Positions 16,890 to 25,775 of a stretch of 37,717 bases of DNA are shown here, piece after piece. The notes beneath the pieces were generated by a model. It saw only the letters and a list, made by a program, of their open reading frames with translations, had not been told where the DNA came from and did not search any database. The DNA is from a virus (Duplodnaviria > Caudoviricetes), in IMG/VR virus record IMGVR_UViG_3300025288_000006, positions 1 to 37,717 of that record. One strand, written 5' to 3'. A program made the position numbers and the translations under genes. Positions within the stretch are counted from its first letter, which is position 1. Every line of letters starts with the position of its first letter.

Positions 16890-19034
16890 ATGGAAATGCC
16901 AAAGCGCGCGCTTACCGGCGGCGAGGTTGACCCTGATCTGTGGCAAGCCTCTGACCTGAACCCGGTCCGGGTTGCAGCCGCCAAGGTCAGCAACATGATT
17001 GTGCGCCAGCGGGGCGGGGTGGAGCGCACCCCAGGCACCGAACACCTCGCAATGGCCAAGACGGCCGCCCGCGTGCGCCTGGCACCCTTCAACCGCTCAT
17101 CGCAGGCCGCCTATCTGCTGGAACATGGCCCCGGCTATGTGCGCATCTATGATGCCGACATGGCGGCCGGGGATGCAATGGTCGATGAGGTCGCGACCCC
17201 TTACGCGGCGGATGATCTGATCTTTCTGCAATGGGCGCAGTCGAACAATGTCCAGTGGATATTCTCTGGCGGGCCGGTCAAGGAGCTGATCCGGTTCCCA
17301 TTGCCGAGCGTGAGCTTTGGCCTGGTGGACGCCCGCATTGAGAATGGCCCGTTTCTTGATGAGAACGCCAACAAAGCCCTTACCCTGTCGGCAGACGGGG
17401 TGACGGGAGTTATCACATTGACCGCCTCTGCGGCGCTGTTTCAGCCTGGCCATGTCGGGGCGTACTTCCGACTGGAAGAGCGAGATGAAATCACCGAGCC
17501 GCTGTGGCTTCCTGAAGTCCCGGCTGTAAATCTTCAAATCCGGCGGTTCAACGGCCGCGCCTACCGATCCTTGATCGGCGGTACAACCGGCACGTCCGCC
17601 TATCCGCCCGAGCATGAGGTCGGCATTCGCAATGACGGCAACGGGGTCAATTGGGAATATCTGCATTCTGGCTTCGGCATCGTCCGTGTCACCGGATACT
17701 CAAGCCCGACTTCGGTTACATGCACCGTCATCAAGAGGCTTCCCGAGGCGCTCGTGACCGCTAACACCTGGCGCTGGCGAGAGGGCGCGTTCTCTGGGGT
17801 GCGCGGTTATCCGACCACCGGCGCGCTTTACAAAAATGCACTCTGGATGGCGGGCACGCCCTTTGAGCCCTACCGCCTGCACAAATCTGCGATTGATGGC
17901 TTCAACGATTTTGAGCCTGGCGTGTTGGATGACAGCGCCCTGACCCGCGATCTGGTGGACGGCGCAACCGAGGCCGTGCGCTGGCTCTGCCCTGCCAAGG
18001 TGATGATGATCGGCACCGATGGGCCGGAATGGGTGGCGCGCCCTGACCAGACCGGCGACACTGTGCGGGTCAATAACCTGATCACTGAGCCCGCGACGAA
18101 TGAGGGATCATCGGAAATTCCGGGGCTGGCCGTGGGAAACCGCACGATCTTCACCGATGCGGGCCGCCGCCGCCTTCTGTCCACCGGCTTCGATCTGCGC
18201 AGCGACGGCTGGACCCCGGCCGATCTTTCGCTCCTGGCCGCGCATATCCTTGGCCCTGGTGTTATTGAGACGTGCTATCAGCGCAACCCCTGGCCGCTGA
18301 TCTGGTGTCTGCTTGAGGACGGCACGCTTGCCGCCCTCACTTATCTGCCCGAGCAAGACGTGCTCGCCTGGCACCGGCATAACGTGGGCGATCCGATCGA
18401 AAGCATTGCTGTGCTCAAGGTCGAGGGCGGCCGCCGTGAAACCCTGTTCATGGCTGTGCGGCGTGACGGCTTGGTGCAGATCGAGCGCATGTTTGACCGC
18501 CACCGGCCCGAGATTGGCCAGGGGATCGCTGATGCACAATATCTGCAAGCGGCCGTGACCTATGATCTCGGAGTGCCCGCAACCGTCTTTGCCGGGCTGG
18601 ATCACCTTGAAGGCCGGGAGGTCATCGCCCTGGTCGATGGCAACTCGCACCCGCCGGTGACGGTCACGGGCGGCGTGGCCACGCTCAATTTTGCCGGATC
18701 AAAAGTCATCATCGGCCTGCGCTACCGCAGCCAATACGACACTTTGCCCTTTGATATGGGCATGCCTGATCTGGCTCAAACGCCCAAAAACAAGCGTGTG
18801 TCGGATCTGGCAATAGCCTTTCGTGCATCCATGGGCGGCTCGATCTTCATGGGCGGCAAGGAGCAAGCGGTCTTTCAGTTGGGGGCTACGCCGCTCGATG
18901 CAGCGCCCGCCCTCTTTGACGGCGTGCGCAATGTGTTTCCGCCGGGCTCCGAGGACACGGCGCAGATTTCCTACGTCAACGATACCGCCTGGCCTGCGAC
19001 GATCACGGCGATTTTCCCAGAATACGAGGTTTGA
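16890..19034 (+). CDS. Tail tubular protein B / nozzle (T7 gp12-like)
   Basis: GGEVDP.L, N.IV...GG..R.PGT, AQS.N, V.AWHRH and IGL.Y motifs; 714 aa. Confidence 0.88.
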   Translation: MEMPKRALTGGEVDPDLWQASDLNPVRVAAAKVSNMIVRQRGGVERTPGTEHLAMAKTAARVRLAPFNRSSQAAYLLEHGPGYVRIYDADMAAGDAMVDEVATPYAADDLIFLQWAQSNNVQWIFSGGPVKELIRFPLPSVSFGLVDARIENGPFLDENANKALTLSADGVTGVITLTASAALFQPGHVGAYFRLEERDEITEPLWLPEVPAVNLQIRRFNGRAYRSLIGGTTGTSAYPPEHEVGIRNDGNGVNWEYLHSGFGIVRVTGYSSPTSVTCTVIKRLPEALVTANTWRWREGAFSGVRGYPTTGALYKNALWMAGTPFEPYRLHKSAIDGFNDFEPGVLDDSALTRDLVDGATEAVRWLCPAKVMMIGTDGPEWVARPDQTGDTVRVNNLITEPATNEGSSEIPGLAVGNRTIFTDAGRRRLLSTGFDLRSDGWTPADLSLLAAHILGPGVIETCYQRNPWPLIWCLLEDGTLAALTYLPEQDVLAWHRHNVGDPIESIAVLKVEGGRRETLFMAVRRDGLVQIERMFDRHRPEIGQGIADAQYLQAAVTYDLGVPATVFAGLDHLEGREVIALVDGNSHPPVTVTGGVATLNFAGSKVIIGLRYRSQYDTLPFDMGMPDLAQTPKNKRVSDLAIAFRASMGGSIFMGGKEQAVFQLGATPLDAAPALFDGVRNVFPPGSEDTAQISYVNDTAWPATITAIFPEYEV

Positions 19035-19037
19035 GCG

Positions 19038-19484
19038 ATGGGCTTTACACCCTTGATGCTGATCGGAAGCGGTCTTTCGGCCGCTGGTCAGGTCGCGGGC
19101 GGGATCGGCGCGGGCCGGGCCGCCAAGATAAACGCCGCCAACCAGGACGCGCAGGCCGACCAGCTAGAGACGAAAACCGCCGCCGATGTGGGGGCCGCCC
19201 GCCGCAGCTTTGACAAGTTTCGCGGGGCGCTGCGTGGCGATATTGCAGCCTATGGTGGATCGGCCAAGCGTGGCACGGGGCTTTTGCTGGCGCAGGAGGC
19301 CGAGCGCGCGGCCAAGCTCGATGAGCTCAACATCATTGTGGACGGCAAGAACCAGGCACAGGCGATCCGTGCGGGTGCAGCGATGACGCGGTACGAGGGC
19401 AAGAACGCCCGAACCCAAGGCATCCTTGGCGGGCTCGGCACCGCGATCAAAGGCTATGGCGACTTTAGAGAAATGCGGGGCTGA
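19038..19484 (+). CDS. Internal virion/ejection protein (gp14-like)
   Basis: Gly/Ala-rich hydrophobic ends with a Q/A helical centre; syntenic position. Confidence 0.7.
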   Translation: MGFTPLMLIGSGLSAAGQVAGGIGAGRAAKINAANQDAQADQLETKTAADVGAARRSFDKFRGALRGDIAAYGGSAKRGTGLLLAQEAERAAKLDELNIIVDGKNQAQAIRAGAAMTRYEGKNARTQGILGGLGTAIKGYGDFREMRG

Positions 19485-19486
19485 TC

Positions 19487-21514
19487 ATGGCAATTCGGGA
19501 CTACCGCCCTCAAACCACAGCCCCCGGCCCTGCCCGCGTGCGCGAGCTCGGCGCGCCCGACACGCGGGGCATCCAGCAGCTCGGCGGCGCGATCGCCGAT
19601 GTGGGGGCCACGCTGGAAAACGCACGCCAGGAGGTCGAGGTAAACGACGCCCGCCTTGCCCTGACCGAAGGGCTCGGCGCGCTCAACGCCGAGCTGACGA
19701 CTGACATGGATTTCAGGACCATGCGCGCGCGCTATGGCGAGCGTCTCGGCGCGCTGGAAAAATCCGTGCTTGATGGGGTCAGCACACCCCGGCAGAAAGC
19801 GCGGATGCAGCTCGAAATTGCGCAATCGAAAGTGGCGGCCAAGGCGCGGGTCTATGCGCGCGAGAATGAGCTGTCGGGGGGGCATGCGCGGGCGACATTG
19901 AGCCGAACCCTGCGCGCCACCGCAAATGCCGTGCCAACGGCCGCCACGCCGGAAGAAGCTGAGATTGCCTATAACCGCGGGCTGGAAGCGATCGCCTCTC
20001 TGGAAACCGCGGGGCACCTGACGGCAGAGCAGGCCGAGGCGGCGCGGGTCGAGCTGGATGGCGATATCTCTGTGGGCATGACGCTCGGTGCGATCAACAC
20101 CGATCCGCGCGCGGCCGCAACCGAGCTGGCCAAACCGGGCGCATACGGGCTCGATGAGACGGAGCGGCAACGCTATCTGGCCACCGCCACGCGGGCGGCA
20201 GAACAGACCGAAACCCTCAAGAAATCGGTGCTTGAGCGCGAGGTCGATACTGCGCGCGGCCTTCTCGTGCGGGGTGCGCCCGTTGCGCCGGAGGATATCG
20301 CCCGCTTGCGCGAGGAAGCCACCGGCACCGAATATGCGCCCAAGCTGGAAGGCGCGCTTCTGGCCAGCCAGCAGCTCGGAAACTTCTATGCTGCAACCTC
20401 GGCCGAGCGAACCGCCCTGATCGAGCAGACCCGCGCGCGGGGGATAAAGGTGGATGACGCGAGTGTTGACGGGGCCTTTTTGTCGTCGCTGGAAGCGATC
20501 GACGCCGAGGCCAAGCGCGAGCTGGCCGCTGATCCGGTCAGCTATGCCATGAAAGCGGGTGTGCCGGGGGCCGCACCGCTCGATCTGGGCAATCAGCAAA
20601 GTGTCAATGCCCGCATGGCCCTGATCGGTGTCTTGAAAAACGACTATGGGGCCAGCGGCTTTGTGCTGACCAAGGAAGAGCGGGCAAATTTCAAGGAGGT
20701 CGCGAATGAGGGATCGGTTGATGACCAGCTCGCATTTGTCGTGTCGGCAATTGACGGCTTCGGCCCTGGGGCTTCTGTCGTGTTCAAGGAAATTGACGGT
20801 CTTGATCCGGTTGTGCAGCGCGCGGGAAACCTCGTTTTCGAGACGGGCAGCACGGACGTTGCCAAGATCATCCTTTCCGGCCGAAAGGCGATGGCGGCGG
20901 GCGATGAGCTCCGCACCCCGAGCGAGGAAGCCCTTGCGGTGTTCGAGGAAACGATTGACGGCACGGTTGGCGCGCAGCCCGGCCGCCGCGAGGAAGTGAT
21001 CGAGGCGGCAAAGGCGTATTATGCGCACATGGCCCCCGGCAAGGTCACGCTGAACGATCCTGGATCACAGGTCGATCTGCTTGGCCAGGCCGTACAGGCG
21101 GTTATGGGTGGCGTCACGGTGGGCGGGACGCAGTTCGGCGGCGTGCAGGACGTGAACGGGCTGCGGGTCAAACTGCCCCCTACACTGGACCGCAAGAGCG
21201 CCACGCGGCTTGTGCGCGAGGCGACCGATGCAAACTGGAAAGCCGCCTCTCTGACCGGCAACCTGCCGCATGAGGGCGAGACGCCTGTGACGCCTGAAAA
21301 TGCCGTGCTGATGTGGGTTGAGGGCACAACCTACCGGCTCGGCGTCAAGTCACGGCGCGGCGAGGTCGAATGGTATCAAGACCCTGGCACGAGCAACGGG
21401 TTTTTCTATGTCGATATTGACCGGCTTTCGGTCGATTTCCTGAAAAATCCGGCCGCCAAGCCCGCGCCTGCCGCGCCCGCCAGCCAGCGCAACAGAACGG
21501 GATATGCGGAATGA
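19487..21514 (+). CDS. Internal virion/ejection protein (gp15-like)
   Basis: 675 aa, helical; syntenic position. Confidence 0.65.
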   Translation: MAIRDYRPQTTAPGPARVRELGAPDTRGIQQLGGAIADVGATLENARQEVEVNDARLALTEGLGALNAELTTDMDFRTMRARYGERLGALEKSVLDGVSTPRQKARMQLEIAQSKVAAKARVYARENELSGGHARATLSRTLRATANAVPTAATPEEAEIAYNRGLEAIASLETAGHLTAEQAEAARVELDGDISVGMTLGAINTDPRAAATELAKPGAYGLDETERQRYLATATRAAEQTETLKKSVLEREVDTARGLLVRGAPVAPEDIARLREEATGTEYAPKLEGALLASQQLGNFYAATSAERTALIEQTRARGIKVDDASVDGAFLSSLEAIDAEAKRELAADPVSYAMKAGVPGAAPLDLGNQQSVNARMALIGVLKNDYGASGFVLTKEERANFKEVANEGSVDDQLAFVVSAIDGFGPGASVVFKEIDGLDPVVQRAGNLVFETGSTDVAKIILSGRKAMAAGDELRTPSEEALAVFEETIDGTVGAQPGRREEVIEAAKAYYAHMAPGKVTLNDPGSQVDLLGQAVQAVMGGVTVGGTQFGGVQDVNGLRVKLPPTLDRKSATRLVREATDANWKAASLTGNLPHEGETPVTPENAVLMWVEGTTYRLGVKSRRGEVEWYQDPGTSNGFFYVDIDRLSVDFLKNPAAKPAPAAPASQRNRTGYAE

Positions 21515-24500
21515 GGGGCAAGGATGATGCGGTGATCGCCTCGGCCGAGGCCGATCTTGCGGCGATGGAAAATCCCGGTGCGCCCAAAGCGGTAAAGCTG
21601 CGCGCGCCAATGGACATGACGGCGGCCAGCGCGCCACGCAAAATGCCTGACGTGTCCACCGGCGAGATCATCGCGGCCGGTGCGCAGGCCGAGGCGATCG
21701 AAACCGATTACTGGTTTCTGACCGATCGGGAATACAGCGACCGGCTTGATAAGCTGATGGAGGTGGCCAAGGGCGTAGGTGAAGAGCCGCGCGGGTGGGG
21801 CGGCATGGGACCGGCGCCGGCCGATGGCTTGACGCTGGAAGAGGCGCTCTTGCTTCCCAACGTGCGCCCCGGTGAGCGGATCGAGGATGAGCGCATGGAT
21901 ACAATCCTGCGCGCGCGGGCCAAGAACCCCGAGGCATTCGCCGGGTTGCCGATCACGCGGGCCGAGATCGAGGCCGATGTGAACCGCGAGCTGCGCGAGG
22001 AATGGGATGATGCGCAGGCGACACTCAAGGCCGCCCCTGACAGCTTTTTGCGCAGCACGGTTCCCGAGTTCATCGGCCGCATGGGGCCAGCCGCAACGGA
22101 TCAGGTAAACCTGCCTCTGGCGATCGCCACTCTGGGCGTCGGCTCTGCCGCGAACCTGGGCCGCCTGATGCTTGTGGAGGGCGGCCTGTCGATCGTCGGC
22201 GAGGCGGGCACCCTGCCTGCGCAGTTTGAAATGGCCGAGCGGCTCGATATCCCCAAGCCCGATGCCCTGACGCAGCTTGCCTTTGCCGGTGTTGTTGGCG
22301 CGGCTCTGCCGGTGGCGTTTCGTGCCGGTGGCAAGGCGATCTTGGCTGGGGCGAGCTTTACCAACCGGCAGCTCGTGGAGCGGCTGCGCAAGGATGCAAG
22401 CGCGCTGGCTCCTGAACAGCGTGCGGCCGTCAACGCGCTTGAGCGCCAGGTGGCCGAGGAAGATATCGGCCCGGCCGTCAAGGGCTCGGAAAACTGGAAG
22501 CAAACCGACCAGGCGGTGAGCGATATCGACGGCGGGCGGCCGCCAAGCGCAGATGTGCCGGTCACGTCTGGCGCAAAGGTCGAGGCGCTGACAACCCCGC
22601 CAAAAGCCAAGCCCGATGCGCGGCCCGGCTCCACGATCAGCATGGACTTTGAGCTCGGCCCGGCGCGCCCCAACCCGCCGGATCAACCCATTCTCGATGT
22701 GATCTCGGCGGCGGTAGAGGATGCCGTGGGGCCGGGCGCGCGCGTTGTCGTCACGTCTGGCCAGGAGGGCGATCTGCCGCAGCACGGCTCCAACCGCCAC
22801 AAGACAGGCGATGCGGCCGATATCGCGATCTATGACAAGGATGGCAATCAGATCACGATGGCCAGCAACCCCGAGCTGATGCGCGAGATTTCCCGCGCGG
22901 CGGCCCGGCGCGGGGCAAAGGGGATCGGGCTCGGCTCGGAATACATGGGTGGCGCGCATATTCACGTCGATCTTGTGGAGCCGGGGGCAGGCCAGGCGAC
23001 GGCCTGGGGCTCTGAGGGCGCGGCAATGCGCGACGAGCTGGATGGCATTCGCGGCACCGGGGCCAGCCCGCGCGCGATCGAGGCAAGTGTCGCTGACCTG
23101 ATCCGGGATAGTGAGGCGGGCGGCAGCTATGACACGCCGAGCTCCTACTCGGTCATCGCGCCCCCCAAGCCGCTCACGCAGATGACCCTTGATGAAGTGG
23201 ACGCCTGGCAGACCGCCAACCGCGATGCGGGCGCGGCCAGCACGGCGGCGGGGGGTTTTCAGATTTTGCGCGACACGCTGCGGCCCCTGCGCGATCGGCT
23301 CGGCCTCACGGGCGACGAGCTCTTTGATCGCGACATGCAAGACCGCCTCGGCACGGCACTGATGCAGGACGCGGGGCTTGATGATTTCAAGGCGGGGCGG
23401 ATCGACGCGGAAGAGTTCGGCGATCGCCTGGCCGGTATCTGGGCCGCCCTGCCGGATGCAAGCGGGCGCTCGGTCTATGCGGGCGACGGGCTGAACGCGG
23501 CGCGGGTCGATCGTGACCAGCTCATCGGCGCGCTGACCGGAACGCCCTACTACAGCAGTGGCCGCCCTGCCCCGCGCATGAGCCGCGTGGCGGCCTCTAT
23601 TGTTCGGGTTGACCCGAAGGCTTACCAGTTCCGAACCGAGGTGGATGCGGGCGGCGTGGGCACGCCCATGGACCGCGTGAGCTCGTGGGATGAGCTTCTG
23701 GCCGGGGATTTCATCCTGCATCAGCGCCGCGACGGGGCCACCTATATCGCGGATGGCCACCATAGAAAGCAGCTCGCCGAGCGCCTGGAACGCGAGGGCC
23801 ACCCGCCAATTGAGTTTAACGCTTTCGTGCTGCGCGAGGATGACGGCTATACGGTCGAGCATGTGCGCGCGCTCGCGGCCGTCAAGAATATCGAGGCAGG
23901 CAGCGCCACGGCGATCGACGCGGCCAAGGTGCTGCGGGTCGATCCCGCCATGCTCGATCGGCTGACCCTGCGCAGCAGCCAGGCGCGGGACGCGCGCGGC
24001 CTGATGCAGCTCTCGGATGAGGGCTTTGACATGGTGACAAACGGGCTTGTGCGCGAGGATCAGGCCGCACTCGTGCCGAGCGTGTCGCGTGACCCGGCCA
24101 TGCAGAATGCCCTTCTGCGCGTCCTGGTGCAGATGAAGCCGCGCTCCATGGCCGAGGCGCGCCAGATTGTCGCCGATGCCCACCGCGCCGGGCTGGCGAA
24201 AGCTGATCGCGATGGGGGCGGCCAGGCTTCGCTTTTTGGGGATGACTTTTTGCCCGAAGAGACGCTATTCAAGGAAAGAGCCGAGGTCATGGCAAAGGCC
24301 CTGGCGCAGCTCAAGTCTGACAAGCGCGTTTTTGCAACCCTCGTGCGCGAGCGCGACCGTATCCAGGAGGCGGGCAATGCGCTCACCGATGCAACAAACA
24401 CCGCCCGCCTCTCGGCCGACGAGCTCGCCCTCGGACTTGTCGAGCGCCTCGTCAACCGAGCCGGGCCGCTCGATGACGCCCTCACAGCAGCCGCCCGCAA

Positions 24501-25215
24501 CGTCCGAACCGGCGGGAACGTCCGTGGCTCCGTCAATGACTTCCTCGGATTTGTCAGAACCGCAATTGAGGGAGGCGGCCTTGCTCGGCTCCTGGATGGC
24601 GGCGATGGAAGGCCGGGCGATGTTGCAGCGCCGAATGGTCGCGCGGATGAAGGCGCAGGAAGCGGACCAGGCGACAAAAGCGATGGGATCGGGCGCGGCC
24701 TAGACCCTGCCGCCGATGACGGGGTAGACCTGTTCGCAGCGATTGATGAAGCGGCGGCAGTCGCAAAAAGTGTTCTGGACCCTGCCCGCGCATCCGAGCT
24801 GACGGCCGCCGGTGATCAGCTCCTTGCGCCAGGCGTGAACCCGATCACCGCGCGCGACCGCATGGCGGCGCAGATGGATGCCCCCATGCGTGGCGGCCAG
24901 GCCGCCGCCGATGATGGCCTGTTTGACACGGCCGCGCGTGATCAGTTCGATATGTTTGCCGATACCGGCCGGGTCAGTGATGGCGCGGCCGATGATCTCT
25001 TTGGAGATCCATCGCCTGCCGCGCCCGAAGTCAGGGGCCAGATCAGCGCGGCCGAGAATGCCTTGCGCGAGGCGCTGGCGCGCGGCGAGGATTTCGAGCT
25101 GCCCACCGGCCGCCTGATCGACGGCGCGCCGGAAGTGATGACGGCAAGCGACGTGCTCGCCGATCTCGATCTTGATGATGAATTTCTGGGGGTGCTCAAT
25201 GTCTGCAAAGGATGA
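21511..25215 (+). CDS. Large multidomain ejection protein with peptidase M15-like, lysozyme-like and ParB-like domains
   Basis: S.RH..GDAADI...HIHVD (M15-type Zn motif, about 22670-22980); SEAGGSYD...STAAGGFQI...MQDRL (lysozyme-like, about 23100-23500); YIADGHHR (ParB/Srx-like, about 23610-23900). Confidence 0.75.
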   Translation: MRGKDDAVIASAEADLAAMENPGAPKAVKLRAPMDMTAASAPRKMPDVSTGEIIAAGAQAEAIETDYWFLTDREYSDRLDKLMEVAKGVGEEPRGWGGMGPAPADGLTLEEALLLPNVRPGERIEDERMDTILRARAKNPEAFAGLPITRAEIEADVNRELREEWDDAQATLKAAPDSFLRSTVPEFIGRMGPAATDQVNLPLAIATLGVGSAANLGRLMLVEGGLSIVGEAGTLPAQFEMAERLDIPKPDALTQLAFAGVVGAALPVAFRAGGKAILAGASFTNRQLVERLRKDASALAPEQRAAVNALERQVAEEDIGPAVKGSENWKQTDQAVSDIDGGRPPSADVPVTSGAKVEALTTPPKAKPDARPGSTISMDFELGPARPNPPDQPILDVISAAVEDAVGPGARVVVTSGQEGDLPQHGSNRHKTGDAADIAIYDKDGNQITMASNPELMREISRAAARRGAKGIGLGSEYMGGAHIHVDLVEPGAGQATAWGSEGAAMRDELDGIRGTGASPRAIEASVADLIRDSEAGGSYDTPSSYSVIAPPKPLTQMTLDEVDAWQTANRDAGAASTAAGGFQILRDTLRPLRDRLGLTGDELFDRDMQDRLGTALMQDAGLDDFKAGRIDAEEFGDRLAGIWAALPDASGRSVYAGDGLNAARVDRDQLIGALTGTPYYSSGRPAPRMSRVAASIVRVDPKAYQFRTEVDAGGVGTPMDRVSSWDELLAGDFILHQRRDGATYIADGHHRKQLAERLEREGHPPIEFNAFVLREDDGYTVEHVRALAAVKNIEAGSATAIDAAKVLRVDPAMLDRLTLRSSQARDARGLMQLSDEGFDMVTNGLVREDQAALVPSVSRDPAMQNALLRVLVQMKPRSMAEARQIVADAHRAGLAKADRDGGGQASLFGDDFLPEETLFKERAEVMAKALAQLKSDKRVFATLVRERDRIQEAGNALTDATNTARLSADELALGLVERLVNRAGPLDDALTAAARNVRTGGNVRGSVNDFLGFVRTAIEGGGLARLLDGGDGRPGDVAAPNGRADEGAGSGPGDKSDGIGRGLDPAADDGVDLFAAIDEAAAVAKSVLDPARASELTAAGDQLLAPGVNPITARDRMAAQMDAPMRGGQAAADDGLFDTAARDQFDMFADTGRVSDGAADDLFGDPSPAAPEVRGQISAAENALREALARGEDFELPTGRLIDGAPEVMTASDVLADLDLDDEFLGVLNVCKG

Positions 25216-25543
25216 TGTGGTGTCGCGCAATTTGCGCGCGGATCGTGGGCCGTATCCGGCCGCTCTTGGGTCAATCTCGGTGCCGCTGATCGTCGCGGAG
25301 GCCGAGCGGCTGGATGCAGCGGCGGTCGGCGGGGTCAGCCCAACCGCAACGGCGATCTATGCGCTCCTTGACTATGGGGTGGCTGCGCTCAACCGGCAGA
25401 AGGAGCTTGAGGGGGATCGGCGTGAGACGGACCCGCTTCGCATCCTGGGGGAGTGGCTTGCGGGTGTGCTCGGTGAGGAAGATTGGCCCGCCGCAGAGAG
25501 GTATCTCAACGCGGCTATCGCCAAGTATGGTGTTCCCGCATGA
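25199..25543 (+). CDS. Hypothetical protein (114 aa)
   Basis: ATG overlaps the end of the previous gene; its stop overlaps the next ATG. Confidence 0.5.
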   Translation: MSAKDDVVSRNLRADRGPYPAALGSISVPLIVAEAERLDAAAVGGVSPTATAIYALLDYGVAALNRQKELEGDRRETDPLRILGEWLAGVLGEEDWPAAERYLNAAIAKYGVPA

Positions 25544-25737
25544 CCGGCCGCGATGGCGACGGCCTGACCGGGGAAGTGCTGCACGCGGCTGACTATCAGG
25601 AGGGCGCGCAGACCTTCCTCTTTCACTGCGCAACATGCGGCCGGATGGTGATGAATGAGGCGGTGTTTGTCGATGAGGCGCACGAGCTGCACTGCATGGG
25701 CTGCATGGAAACGAATGATCTGGGCGAAGTCAGCTAG
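25540..25737 (+). CDS. Small acidic zinc-ribbon-like protein (65 aa)
   Basis: CATC...CMGC pairs; ATGA coupling. Confidence 0.6.
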   Translation: MTGRDGDGLTGEVLHAADYQEGAQTFLFHCATCGRMVMNEAVFVDEAHELHCMGCMETNDLGEVS

Positions 25738-25775
25738 CCAGCTTTCATGCTATCTTGATATCAAGGGAATGAGAC

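Noticed and set aside
21406-24183. Long antisense ORFs (925 aa here; also 7661-9382, 19454-21028, 9361-10659, 29633-30946)
   Set aside because: Shadow ORFs opposite well-supported genes in high-GC DNA, with no recognisable motifs.
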